A DNA stretch of 64,000 nt from a virus: the IMG/VR virus record IMGVR_UViG_3300023116_000009, positions 64,001 through 128,000 of that record. One strand, written 5' to 3'. The notes under the pieces were generated by a model. That model ran no database searches and was not told the DNA's origin. It saw nothing but the letters and a program-made list of their open reading frames with translations. Position 1 is the first letter of the stretch, and the number at the start of each line of letters is the position of its first letter. Positions 54,809-64,000 of this stretch are shown in pieces. Both the position numbers and the translations under genes were made by a program.

Positions 54809-56275
54809 CTACTTTCTGAATTTAATGTTTACAATTTCGTAGTCGAAATTTTCCTGGTTGTAAATCTTAATTCTTTCAAACAAATGATTTAATGTGTAGT
54901 TCGGTGACTTATCATTATTGCTAATGTCGTCAGCGATGTCATAAAGCACAGCACTGTTTTTATTTTCCCCCTTCCTTAAGACCCTACCAATTGACTGGAG
55001 GTTTCTTACTCTTGATTTTGAAGGTGATGCAAAAATAATGTTGTGTAATTTTTTAATATTAATGCCTGTAGAAAATGTCCCATAACTTGCGATGATGATT
55101 GCGTTGGACTCCTGCTCAGTGATTGCTCGGATCTCTTCTCGGTCCTTTACATCAACACCACCGTGTACAAAGAAAATCTTTCTATCAGGTTTAGCATTAT
55201 TATTTATTAATTCATAAAGTGGTTCGCCATGCTTCTCCACGTAGTTAAAAAGAATCAAAGTATTTCCAGCAAGATCTAATGATAGATTCTTGATAAAATT
55301 ATTTCTCTTTTCATGGGTGACGAGATATTCAATCTCATCTTGATACGTTTCAAATTTTTGATGCTGGTGTTTCAGTACAAGCACCTTGATTTTTAATCTT
55401 GAAAGATGCCCCTGTTTAATTAGGTCATTAGTGTTTGTAATCTTTTCGTAAGGACCGAACAAACCTTCAAGAACTAGTTTGTTTGTCTTACTACCATCTA
55501 GAGTACCTGTAAAACCAATACGATACTTTGCTTCGTAACACTTGGTGAGAATATCTGTCAGGGACTTTGCTTTAAATAAATGTGCTTCGTCACCAATAAC
55601 AGCAGTAAACTCTTCAAAGAATGATTTTTTCTGTTTGTATACAGATTGCCAAGTGGTAATAGTTACTGGTTTAGGAGATACCTTTTCATATCCAGCATAT
55701 ACCTTATGGCAATGCTCTTCTGAATTCCATCCATAATCTTCAAAATCCTTATACATCTGTTCAACAAGAGATGTAGTGGGGACTACAATCATAATTTTTT
55801 GTCCAGTTTCTTGGAGAAACCGAACAATAGAATAGATCATAAATGACTTCCCAGACCCTGTAGGGGATACAATTAATTTACGCTTTTTTCTAAGTGCTTC
55901 GTAAATTGCTTTGTATTGGTAATCCCTTGCTTTTAAAGAAGTAAATCTTTTTACAAAGGATTTGACACCATCAAAAGATACCAGTTCGTCCTCAGCATCG
56001 GGCATTCCATAATACTGATTGTCAGCAAAATCATAAACATAACCCCGCTCCTTACAGAATTGTTCTACGTATTCTCTAAGTCCGCAATATAACTCTCCTG
56101 TACCAGGAGAGAACAATCTAATTTTACCATCCCAGTGGCGCTGCCTGTAGGCAGGCATGAACTTTGCACCTTCTACTTCAAATGTAAAATGGTCTGTTAA
56201 TTCGTAAGCAATGTGTGGGTGCGTTTTGATTTGCAAGTATACTTCATTTTTCTTCTTGATAATGACATCACTCAT
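54809..56275 (-). CDS. uvsW: DNA helicase UvsW
   Basis: PTGSGKS, GDEAH, TGT, LQSIGRVLR. Confidence 0.95.
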   Translation of the reverse strand: MSDVIIKKKNEVYLQIKTHPHIAYELTDHFTFEVEGAKFMPAYRQRHWDGKIRLFSPGTGELYCGLREYVEQFCKERGYVYDFADNQYYGMPDAEDELVSFDGVKSFVKRFTSLKARDYQYKAIYEALRKKRKLIVSPTGSGKSFMIYSIVRFLQETGQKIMIVVPTTSLVEQMYKDFEDYGWNSEEHCHKVYAGYEKVSPKPVTITTWQSVYKQKKSFFEEFTAVIGDEAHLFKAKSLTDILTKCYEAKYRIGFTGTLDGSKTNKLVLEGLFGPYEKITNTNDLIKQGHLSRLKIKVLVLKHQHQKFETYQDEIEYLVTHEKRNNFIKNLSLDLAGNTLILFNYVEKHGEPLYELINNNAKPDRKIFFVHGGVDVKDREEIRAITEQESNAIIIASYGTFSTGINIKKLHNIIFASPSKSRVRNLQSIGRVLRKGENKNSAVLYDIADDISNNDKSPNYTLNHLFERIKIYNQENFDYEIVNIKFRK

Positions 56276-56681
56276 CTAAACCCTTTGCATATTTCATCCA
56301 ATCAATTGCATTCTTAATTTGGAATGAACGATTGTTAATATTATTTATTATCTCTTTTAATGTGTTCTCTAACTTATCATAGTAATCCACTATAGCTAGA
56401 GAGTTAATTACTTCTTGGTCTCCTTTGATGTAAATAGGAACTTCTGTTTTAATGATCCTATCATCAGGAGCAGTTTCTTCTCTTCCCATATAAAAACTGT
56501 ACTTCTGTAAATACAGTTGGTTGTGGGCATATTCTTTTTCTTTTTTTAGTAGTTGAATCTTTAAATATTTTTCCAACCACTTTGCATGAAGTATTGGGAT
56601 CCTACGTGCTTCTTCAAACAGATCATCTCCCATTGCAGCATCTTCACGCCACTCATTAATAAATTTATCATGTAAGTTCAT
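56268..56681 (-). CDS. uvsY: recombination mediator UvsY
   Basis: IPILHAKW...NRSFQIKNAIDW. Confidence 0.88.
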   Translation of the reverse strand: MNLHDKFINEWREDAAMGDDLFEEARRIPILHAKWLEKYLKIQLLKKEKEYAHNQLYLQKYSFYMGREETAPDDRIIKTEVPIYIKGDQEVINSLAIVDYYDKLENTLKEIINNINNRSFQIKNAIDWMKYAKGLDE

Positions 56682-57217
56682 AAAGTCAAATTCTTGTCAG
56701 TGGTATCGGTTAGTTTAAAATAAACATATCTAAAAGTCACTTCTGCAGTTAGATATTGTACATCAGATTGCTCGGTGCTAAACTCTAAAGTACTTAATGA
56801 AATTGGAGCAGCATCTAAAAATTTACATTTAAACGCAGTATTATAATTGCTGGTTAGAATTCTTAGAGTCAGATCAATGGTGTCTGGATCGTCTGTTTTG
56901 AAATCTTTATCTTGCATCTCCTGTTTAAATTCTTTCCACTGCTCTAAGTATTGTGGATAGGTAATTCCAACCATCCAATTATGAATCAATGCATAGTTTG
57001 CACAATATTCATCAACAAGAAATCTAACAGTAAGATTATCATAACTTAATTTGTCGGCACTCAATTGAAAATCATTAAATGGAGTTGCTTGTTGAGGACC
57101 ACCCATACTAATTCCAGGAATATTAGCACTGACGCAATGAAATCCTATACTAGAAAATCCAGGAATATCTAATATAAATCCTGTTGGAGATAAAAAATTG
57201 TCGTTACATTGGGTCAT
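56678..57217 (-). CDS. gp3: tail tube terminator gp3
   Basis: NFLSPTGF...LTVRFLVDE...AEVTFRY. Confidence 0.85.
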   Translation of the reverse strand: MTQCNDNFLSPTGFILDIPGFSSIGFHCVSANIPGISMGGPQQATPFNDFQLSADKLSYDNLTVRFLVDEYCANYALIHNWMVGITYPQYLEQWKEFKQEMQDKDFKTDDPDTIDLTLRILTSNYNTAFKCKFLDAAPISLSTLEFSTEQSDVQYLTAEVTFRYVYFKLTDTTDKNLTL

Positions 57218-57972
57218 GGGAGATCTCTAAACCAGGGGTGTGGAACAATGCCATAAAGAAAACAAGAACTTAATCTGTATTCAACGTCTTCTGGTATGTA
57301 GGCAACATGAGGGCGTTTAAATTCATAGATGGTCATTTTCCAAGGATCTGCAGGTGCTTCACCTTCATATGTAAATCCAAATCTACTTAGAGTTGCCTCA
57401 TCTAAATTTGGAAAAGTATTACATGTTGCCTTTCGCATCCTTTCAAATTCTGGATTCAATGGATGAAACGGACGACATGCGAAATCAAAAAATGCATTCC
57501 AATTTCCATTTGGTTCTTTAATGTACTCACCTTCCCAACTATAGAATTTAGTAGAACTGGTTTGAATATTCTCGCTCATCCAAAAATTAGCAACAATACC
57601 TTCTATCATTTCTTGACAATCATTATGTGGGATACCAGCAGTACCTTTACATATTACATTTGATTTTTCATATTTGTTGATCCACCCCATTACACCATCT
57701 TTTTGTTTAGGTCTTTTGGATTCCCCAACAACATGCTTGTAAAAATCTCTTAAAAATACCCACGAAACATATTCCGTCTCTTCCCAAAATTGACTATTGA
57801 TAACTTGAAACGGATTATTACTTGCTCCTTTATTTTCGTTAGTGTAGTTCTTTTGAGATTCTACTTTTTTAACATACTCATCAACACCTGCGGAAAATGG
57901 ATTATGAATCACCCAGTATCCTGGTTCTTTATATTCATACCTAAGTTCATTGGGATGTGTCAGTTCAAGCAT
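57214..57972 (-). CDS. probable 2OG-Fe(II) oxygenase-like protein
   Basis: PHND...RPH...RLS pattern; TATAAATA at 57992-57999. Confidence 0.5.
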   Translation of the reverse strand: MLELTHPNELRYEYKEPGYWVIHNPFSAGVDEYVKKVESQKNYTNENKGASNNPFQVINSQFWEETEYVSWVFLRDFYKHVVGESKRPKQKDGVMGWINKYEKSNVICKGTAGIPHNDCQEMIEGIVANFWMSENIQTSSTKFYSWEGEYIKEPNGNWNAFFDFACRPFHPLNPEFERMRKATCNTFPNLDEATLSRFGFTYEGEAPADPWKMTIYEFKRPHVAYIPEDVEYRLSSCFLYGIVPHPWFRDLP

Positions 57973-58004
57973 AGCAAATACCAGTTTTAATTATTTATAG
58001 ACAT

Positions 58005-58029
58005 AAAAAAAGGACCCCCGAAGGGGTCC
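58005..58029 (-). terminator. intrinsic terminator after gp23
   Basis: GGACCCC-ttcg-GGGGTCC followed by T7. Confidence 0.85.
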
Positions 58030-58046
58030 AGTAAGATGTGAATGGA

Positions 58047-59510
58047 TCACATGAGGTTTGCAACAGAAACTCTTCTGTAGTAAACGTTGGAGCTGAGGTT
58101 TGCTGCAGCAGCAGGATCAGCATCAGCGAGGTGGGAATCATAACCCTTAGCGAATGGGTTCAGGACCATGCCATAGCGGGTCTTGAATCCGATACGTGGC
58201 TGGAAGTCATCCTGACCAACGCTACGTACCATCTGCAGAGGTACATATGGGCAGTAGAACATACCAGCGTCATAAGGTGAAGTACCCTTATAACCGATGA
58301 CGTAGTACTGGTTGCCTGACTGACCCGAAGCAGCAGAACCACCACGGGTGATGGTTGCATAAGGATCGATATAGACGCGATAGCGACCGTTCAGAACACC
58401 AGCGAAGGTGTTACCAGTTTCGTCAACTGCAAGGCGGTTGTTGCCTTCCAGAGCAGGGGTGTAATCAAGTACGCCTGCCATTGCCAGTGCCGAAGCAACG
58501 TCAGCAGAGCACATGATCATGTTGCCCTTTCCTCTACGAGTTTCGCGTGCGATTGCGTTCGCATCACGCTCGATTTGGAACAGAAGACCCTTGAACTTCT
58601 CAACCGACCAACGACCATTGGAGTCAACGTCCAGGTCGAAAGTACCAGCGGTAGCGGTATCGTGCTGAGCACCACGCTTAGCGGACTTATAAATGGTACG
58701 AACAACTTCGCGGTTGATTTCAGCAAGGATCTCAGAGGACAGAATGTTTGCCAGCTCTGACTCAGCATCAAGACCGTGGATAGCACGCAGGTCTTGTGCG
58801 AGTTCGATGCTGTACTCTGCCTTCAGAGCACGTGACTTAGCGGTAACAGCAATCTTTTCGATGCTGAAACCCATCTCACGGAAGTCAGGAGCGTTACCAT
58901 CGCTATCCAGACCTTCCGAAACTTCAGTGCCCATAGCGCCAGGAGCACCATAGTAACCTTGAACGGTTGCTTCGTTAGAACCAGTGAATCCGTCGTTCAG
59001 AACTGCAGGGTTGTCTCCAGTCAGTGCATCAGCAGCACCAGAAACATCGTTAGCACCCTGAGCACCAGATTGGTTAGGATTAACTTCGTTGAAGAATGCT
59101 TCAGCGTTGGTGGTTGCCTGACCGTCATAACGGGCACGCATTGCGAAGATCAGTCCAGTAGGACCAGACATTGGTTGAACGCCAGCGAGGTCATATGCGA
59201 CCAAGTTTGGCATTGAGCGGCGGATCAGTGAGATCAGAACTGGGTCGAAACCAGCAACAGGACCAGCAGCAGTTGCATCAGAACTGAAACCAGCAACGCC
59301 TACACCAGCGCCAGCAGCAGCATTAGAACCAGTGCTCATGGTGGGGATTGCTTCAGACAGGATCTGACGCTCCTCACGGATTACACGCTCTTGGTTTTCC
59401 AGCAGGATGGAAGTGACAGCTCTCTTGTAGTTATCTTCAATCTTAGGAAGATCACCGTGCTCAAGAACAGGTGCCCACTTCTCCTGGAGTTGTTGGGACA
59501 TGCCTAACAT
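58047..59510 (-). CDS. gp23: major capsid protein gp23
   Basis: LIRRSMPNL..GVQPM, KSRALKAEYSIELAQDL, FQPRIGFKTRYG. Confidence 0.98.
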   Translation of the reverse strand: MLGMSQQLQEKWAPVLEHGDLPKIEDNYKRAVTSILLENQERVIREERQILSEAIPTMSTGSNAAAGAGVGVAGFSSDATAAGPVAGFDPVLISLIRRSMPNLVAYDLAGVQPMSGPTGLIFAMRARYDGQATTNAEAFFNEVNPNQSGAQGANDVSGAADALTGDNPAVLNDGFTGSNEATVQGYYGAPGAMGTEVSEGLDSDGNAPDFREMGFSIEKIAVTAKSRALKAEYSIELAQDLRAIHGLDAESELANILSSEILAEINREVVRTIYKSAKRGAQHDTATAGTFDLDVDSNGRWSVEKFKGLLFQIERDANAIARETRRGKGNMIMCSADVASALAMAGVLDYTPALEGNNRLAVDETGNTFAGVLNGRYRVYIDPYATITRGGSAASGQSGNQYYVIGYKGTSPYDAGMFYCPYVPLQMVRSVGQDDFQPRIGFKTRYGMVLNPFAKGYDSHLADADPAAAANLSSNVYYRRVSVANLM

Positions 59511-59547
59511 TTGTTTTTCTCCTAGTAAGTAAGTAGTAGTTTAATAA

Positions 59548-60585
59548 TTATTTCCAACGGGAAATTGCCTGTACATAGGCAGCCATTGGACCCTCTACGG
59601 GCGATGCAACTTCACCAGTTGCAATGTCTTCCTTCAGTTCAACTTTTGCCTTGGGGAAATAAGATTCCTTGATGGTTTCGAGTTTGGACTTAAAGGACTC
59701 CTCGGTTTCGAATTCAACACCTTCTGCGAGTGAAGCGAACTTCTCTGCTTGGGTGTCAGCGAGACCTTTGGAAACTTCAGCAACAATCGATTCCTTTACA
59801 AAGGTCTTGATTGTGCCATTGAGTGACATATTGGTTTCAATCTGCTCATTGAGCTTTGCTTCCATCTCATCAAGTTTGTCTGTCATCTCTTGCATAACAT
59901 CATATTTTTCTTCAGGGAGTTGTACATAATTTTCTTCAAAAAGATTCTTCATGCCGTCCATGAAGGACTGCATCATCTCAAGTTTAATGCCGTTGTGGAG
60001 TTCGATTTCATTCTCTTTCTTCCACTCTTCAGCAACATAGGTGAGGAACTTGTCCATCTTCTCAGCAAGTTCCGACTTAACGGTTTCGACTTGCTCAGTA
60101 AGACGTGCCTCGTAGGACTCTTCAATCTTCTTGGTCTCTTCAGCAAGTTTCGACTTGACTGCTGCCTCAAAGATTGTCTTGGTCTTTTCTTTAAATTCTT
60201 CGGAGAGTTCTTCGCCAGTCAGAAGTGCTTTAACATCCTCTTCAACACTGAACGCTTCAGTTTCAGTAGTTTCTGCAACTACTTCTTCTGTGGTCTCTTC
60301 TTCTTCCTTCAGTTTGCCAGGTGCTGCATCGCCTGGTTTAGCAGATTTGGTTACGTGACCATCGCTAACCTTTGATGTGCCCTTATTGGCAATCTTAGCA
60401 GAATCATTATCCTGCTTGTAATTCTGATTTGTAGGACCGCCGAGATTATCCTTAGCGGTGTCTTGAGGACCAGGAATAGATGCAGCAACCATGCCGTCTG
60501 CCCCTTTGGCACCATCAGTTGGCGCTTTTTCCTCAAGAGTTTCTTCTACGAAGGTTTCAAATTTCTGGTCAACTGATGCTGACAT
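59548..60585 (-). CDS. gp22: prohead core scaffold gp22
   Basis: TIFEAAV...YVAEEW..EN; TATAAATA at 60629-60636. Confidence 0.92.
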   Translation of the reverse strand: MSASVDQKFETFVEETLEEKAPTDGAKGADGMVAASIPGPQDTAKDNLGGPTNQNYKQDNDSAKIANKGTSKVSDGHVTKSAKPGDAAPGKLKEEEETTEEVVAETTETEAFSVEEDVKALLTGEELSEEFKEKTKTIFEAAVKSKLAEETKKIEESYEARLTEQVETVKSELAEKMDKFLTYVAEEWKKENEIELHNGIKLEMMQSFMDGMKNLFEENYVQLPEEKYDVMQEMTDKLDEMEAKLNEQIETNMSLNGTIKTFVKESIVAEVSKGLADTQAEKFASLAEGVEFETEESFKSKLETIKESYFPKAKVELKEDIATGEVASPVEGPMAAYVQAISRWK

Positions 60586-60638
60586 GTGCTAGTTCTCCTT
60601 AATATAATCTGTTGTATTTGCTATAAGTTATTTATAAA

Positions 60639-61283
60639 TTATAATCCTTTTAAGAATTTTTCAAACGCGGAAACTTTGCGCTCCTGAAGGTTATGCCAAG
60701 TTGCTGCGTCTAATTCTTTCTTAATTGAACTGATATGGCGCTCTGTAAGAATGCCATTGTTCCATACCCATTCTTTTCCTTCCATAATACCTTCAACAAA
60801 AGCATCAGGTGCAGAAGGATCTGCTACAATATCAGCAGCAGTTGCAAGCATGAAATCATCACGGACATAATTTACTCCGCTTTTTTCTTGAAGCGAACCA
60901 ACTCCTCTGGACGAAACTCCTAACTTAACTCCTTCATCGATTAAAGATTTTGCAATCTTACCCATAGGGGTATCGAGAATTTTTGCTTTCCCAATAAAAT
61001 TAGATCCTTCTTTTTGAAGAGAAACAATTTTATGAGATACGCGATCTAAGTTTACAGTCGGACCTTCAGGGTGACCAAGTTCACCGAGAGCACGATCTTT
61101 AGAAATGTAAGATTCAGTATATCTTTGAACTTCTTTTTCAAGAACGTTCATTGGATACACTCTTCCATTTCTATTTTTAATGTCAGATTGCAAGAAGATA
61201 CCCTCAATGAAGTGATTCTTTTTAGAACCATTTTCTTCAATGAGAAATTCTACTGCTTCAATCTGTTCCGTGATCAGTTTCAT
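60639..61283 (-). CDS. gp21: prohead protease gp21
   Basis: GELGHPEG, GVSSRGVGS, DIVADPSAPDA. Confidence 0.95.
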   Translation of the reverse strand: MKLITEQIEAVEFLIEENGSKKNHFIEGIFLQSDIKNRNGRVYPMNVLEKEVQRYTESYISKDRALGELGHPEGPTVNLDRVSHKIVSLQKEGSNFIGKAKILDTPMGKIAKSLIDEGVKLGVSSRGVGSLQEKSGVNYVRDDFMLATAADIVADPSAPDAFVEGIMEGKEWVWNNGILTERHISSIKKELDAATWHNLQERKVSAFEKFLKGL

Positions 61284-61455
61284 CTTCGGTCTGTTCGGGT
61301 TCGTTTTCTAAATGGTTGAACATGTTAGCGCCAACCTTTTCTTTTTCAAGAGTAAGGATTTGCGCTGCTTTGTTCATAATCATATCTTTCACAGCATCAG
61401 AAGCATCAGAAAGTTGATCCTTCATAATCATATCAACAATTTTGGTTGGTTCCAT
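61258..61455 (-). CDS. small acidic prohead-associated protein
   Basis: Position between gp20 and gp21; CTAAATA at 61470-61476. Confidence 0.6.
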   Translation of the reverse strand: MEPTKIVDMIMKDQLSDASDAVKDMIMNKAAQILTLEKEKVGANMFNHLENEPEQTEDETDHGTD

Positions 61456-61468
61456 GATCTAACCTCTA

Positions 61469-63079
61469 TTATTTAGTGTTTGAATTTCCTGACGTTTTAG
61501 GTGCAGGAGGATTTTTCATTTGGTCAATCTGAACCTTCTTAGTTTCCATATCCAGTTCAGCGGATTGCTTTTCTTGAGCAACCGTATCAAGAGGATCAAT
61601 AACTTGACCCGCCTTAATCTCATTATTTATCTGCTCTCTCATTTCTTCAATTTCTTGCTCAGTAAACTGCAGCAGTTGACGCATTACATATTCTTGAGAG
61701 AAGTATTTACCAACATAGAGATCTAGTTTATCCAGAACATCCATTTTGGTTTGAAGCATCTCCAGTTGTGCCATTTCAGCAAACTGATTATCATAAAGAT
61801 AATCATACTGAATGTGCTCTTTCATTTCTTCCCAATCTTCAGGTGCAATGATACCTTTGAGGATCAGTTGAGTTTTGAGAAGATCATGGAGTAAATCAGA
61901 GAACTTCTTACGGAGACGACCGACAAACTTTGTAAATTTAATCTCATCTCTATTGATCTCTTCTGATTTACCGAGATCAAATGACTTGTCGCTCTCCAAT
62001 CTTGAAGGAGGAACGCCAAGTGCTTTGTAGAGTTGAGTTTGGAAATACTTAATGTCAGTCAGTTCTCCAAGATTCTGACCGCCAGGCAGAGTGGTAATTT
62101 CTGTACCACGACCACCTTCACGACGAGGTAACCAGAAATCTTCAAGCATACTCATATGCTTTTTGTCATCACGGATCTCTCCAGTATTGGAGTCATATAC
62201 CATCTTATTTCTATAGCGTGACATCACATCACGCAGGTATTGTTCCGCTTTAATCTTAGGAAGATTGCCAACGTCAATATAGAAAATACGACGCTCAGGT
62301 GCTCTTGACAAACGATAGATAACAATGCTGTCCTCAAGCATTCTCAACTGGTTGAGATATTTAATTGCTTTGTGAAGATAACTCAGGGTCATGTTTCTAC
62401 CCTGGTCAGTTATTCCAGACGCTACATGTGAAATAGCATCCTTTGCAATTTTAATTCCTTGGTTAGTATTGTTTACTCCTTTGGCATTATATACATAAAA
62501 CTCTGTGACTTTTCCGTAGTCATACTTGTTAAATTGATCTGCATCAACTGGAGGTTTTTCTACCAGACGTACCTTCTTAATTTTAAGAGGATCAATATAA
62601 CGGAGTTCTAGTAGACCCTTAGATGGATCTTCTAAATCAATAACTTTATGATAGAATAATCTGCCATCGACGTACCAACGTCTAAAGATCTGATGAGCAG
62701 ATTTATCAAAATCAAGAAGACGTTTGATATGATCAAACTCTTCTCTCATTCTATTTTTAATTGATTCTGATACTTCCAGATTAGACAGTTCTAATTCTAC
62801 TGGACTATCATCTTGATCAGTAACAATTGCTTCGTTTGTAATATCTTCAATAGCACTATCAACTTCTGGTTGTAATGCCATTTCTCTATAGCGTCTAATG
62901 AGATTGATCTCATCACGCTTCTTAGTATCATCAAGATCTACATAATGACCAAACCATCCACCATATGGAGTAATGGTGGATGATGCATCATTGTCAGTAG
63001 GTGGAACAGGGGACGTGGCTGCCCTCGCCCCCTTCTTGAGATCTTCATCTTTAATTGAAAATCCAAATAGTTGCGCCAT
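61469..63079 (-). CDS. gp20: portal protein gp20
   Basis: RAPERRIFYIDVGNLP, EDFWLPRREGGRGTEI. Confidence 0.98.
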   Translation of the reverse strand: MAQLFGFSIKDEDLKKGARAATSPVPPTDNDASSTITPYGGWFGHYVDLDDTKKRDEINLIRRYREMALQPEVDSAIEDITNEAIVTDQDDSPVELELSNLEVSESIKNRMREEFDHIKRLLDFDKSAHQIFRRWYVDGRLFYHKVIDLEDPSKGLLELRYIDPLKIKKVRLVEKPPVDADQFNKYDYGKVTEFYVYNAKGVNNTNQGIKIAKDAISHVASGITDQGRNMTLSYLHKAIKYLNQLRMLEDSIVIYRLSRAPERRIFYIDVGNLPKIKAEQYLRDVMSRYRNKMVYDSNTGEIRDDKKHMSMLEDFWLPRREGGRGTEITTLPGGQNLGELTDIKYFQTQLYKALGVPPSRLESDKSFDLGKSEEINRDEIKFTKFVGRLRKKFSDLLHDLLKTQLILKGIIAPEDWEEMKEHIQYDYLYDNQFAEMAQLEMLQTKMDVLDKLDLYVGKYFSQEYVMRQLLQFTEQEIEEMREQINNEIKAGQVIDPLDTVAQEKQSAELDMETKKVQIDQMKNPPAPKTSGNSNTK

Positions 63080-63126
63080 TCCAAATATAGAGTATTAACC
63101 GTTGCTACTATTTAGACGATTTAAAA

Positions 63127-63741
63127 TCAAGCACCTACGGACTGACTTGTAAGGTCGCCACTTCCAACAGAGAAGTTCTTACCGCCTACATCCATATACT
63201 GATATTGGAACTCAACGTCAAACTCTTCAATCTGATCGTTGCTATCATAAGCAAGGTTAATTGCACCAACATTAGTTGGCCAAGCACCAACTAATCTGTA
63301 CTCTCTAAGTACATCTGTGGTTGCATCCTTTGCTTTTTGTTGAACAATCATGTCACAGAAATAGTTTCCGTTTCCACCGATTGCACCAAAATCTAATGTA
63401 CCAATGTTTTCATCAGTTTTGTTACCAGCGTTAATCCACAACTCAAATGCTTTTCTGAGATTGAAATCTTTTGTGTTGTAGAATGTTGCTGTCCATGCTT
63501 CAAAGGTTCTATCACCAGGGATCTTCAGGAAGCGTCCTCTGAAAGGAACTTCAATTAATCCCTGAGTGCTAGCAGGAAGTTGTGCTGATCTGCACAGGAA
63601 CGAAGATTGATCCTGCAAAGTGTTACCGCCAACAGCAGTAACAATTTCACCAGGGAAATTGATAACTACGTTGAACAGGTTGGGGCGGACGCCGCCCCTT
63701 AAAGTATTTTTAAAATCTTCGATTTTGCGTGTTGCTGCCAT
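63127..63741 (-). CDS. gp19: tail tube protein gp19
   Basis: GGVRPNLF...VPFRGR.LKIPGDRTF..W, IEEFDVEFQY. Confidence 0.95.
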   Translation of the reverse strand: MAATRKIEDFKNTLRGGVRPNLFNVVINFPGEIVTAVGGNTLQDQSSFLCRSAQLPASTQGLIEVPFRGRFLKIPGDRTFEAWTATFYNTKDFNLRKAFELWINAGNKTDENIGTLDFGAIGGNGNYFCDMIVQQKAKDATTDVLREYRLVGAWPTNVGAINLAYDSNDQIEEFDVEFQYQYMDVGGKNFSVGSGDLTSQSVGA

Positions 63742-63783
63742 TTTTTTAAGTTCTCCCGTTGTTTATTTAGTAACTACCAATGA

Positions 63784-64000
63784 TCATCTAGCGATGACTT
63801 CAGAGAAGTCGATACCAGTTCTAGTAGCAGTAAATGTGAGAGTAATGAAGTTGATAGAACGGGCAGGTTGAATATAAATTTCTGCAACAAATTCATTGTT
63901 GTCAATGACGTTTGCAGTGTTGTTTGTCTCGTCGCAAACAACTAAGAAGTCGGTGATGCCTCTTCTTGACTGTACATCGCGGAGGAATGGTTCAACGATT
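63784..64000 (-). CDS. gp18: tail sheath protein gp18 (3' end only)
   Basis: Hand translation ...VCDETNNT..VIDNNEFVAEIYIQPARSINFITLTFTATRTG. Confidence 0.93.
   Translation of the reverse strand, partial: IVEPFLRDVQSRRGITDFLVVCDETNNTANVIDNNEFVAEIYIQPARSINFITLTFTATRTGIDFSEVIAR

Noticed and set aside
1-64000. Stop-codon reassignment or a Z-base (purZ) system
   Set aside because: Core genes are intact under the standard code and no purZ is present; mazG alone is a common cyanophage gene

Overview
This window is part of a T4-like marine cyanomyovirus genome (Kyanoviridae-type; a Synechococcus host is probable but inferred). Almost all genes are on the minus strand. Read in the direction of transcription (right to left), it contains: the 3' end of gp18, then gp19, gp20, gp21, gp22, gp23, gp3, uvsY, uvsW, gp55, gp47 and gp46; a vWA/peptidase plus CobS-like AAA+ pair; pebS, gp45, speD, gp44, dam, gp62 and regA; a convergent cluster of seven envelope-targeted unknown genes; hsp20, a nucleotidyltransferase, gp43, uvsX, gp41, mazG, gp61, nrdA and nrdB; five tRNAs and a manA-like RNA; cpeT and two tandem tail-collar paralogues; a photosynthesis/metabolism island (two hli, petF, psbA, petE, talC) with many micro-ORFs; and finally glutaredoxin, thyX, phoH, an exonuclease, gp33, gp59 and the 5' end of gp32. 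The most striking unexplained structures are: (i) a tandem glutamine-riboswitch-like pair in which a 61-codon ORF is nested inside the second aptamer, with its start and stop codons in the two strands of one helix; (ii) a late-promoter-flanked cluster of exported and membrane proteins at 38.5-42.2 kb; (iii) a perfect sigma70 promoter firing antisense next to gp55; (iv) a dual-coded CobS/PebS overlap; and (v) a dam gene paired with a PD-(D/E)xK-like ORF. All family assignments come from motif recognition by eye; no searches were run.
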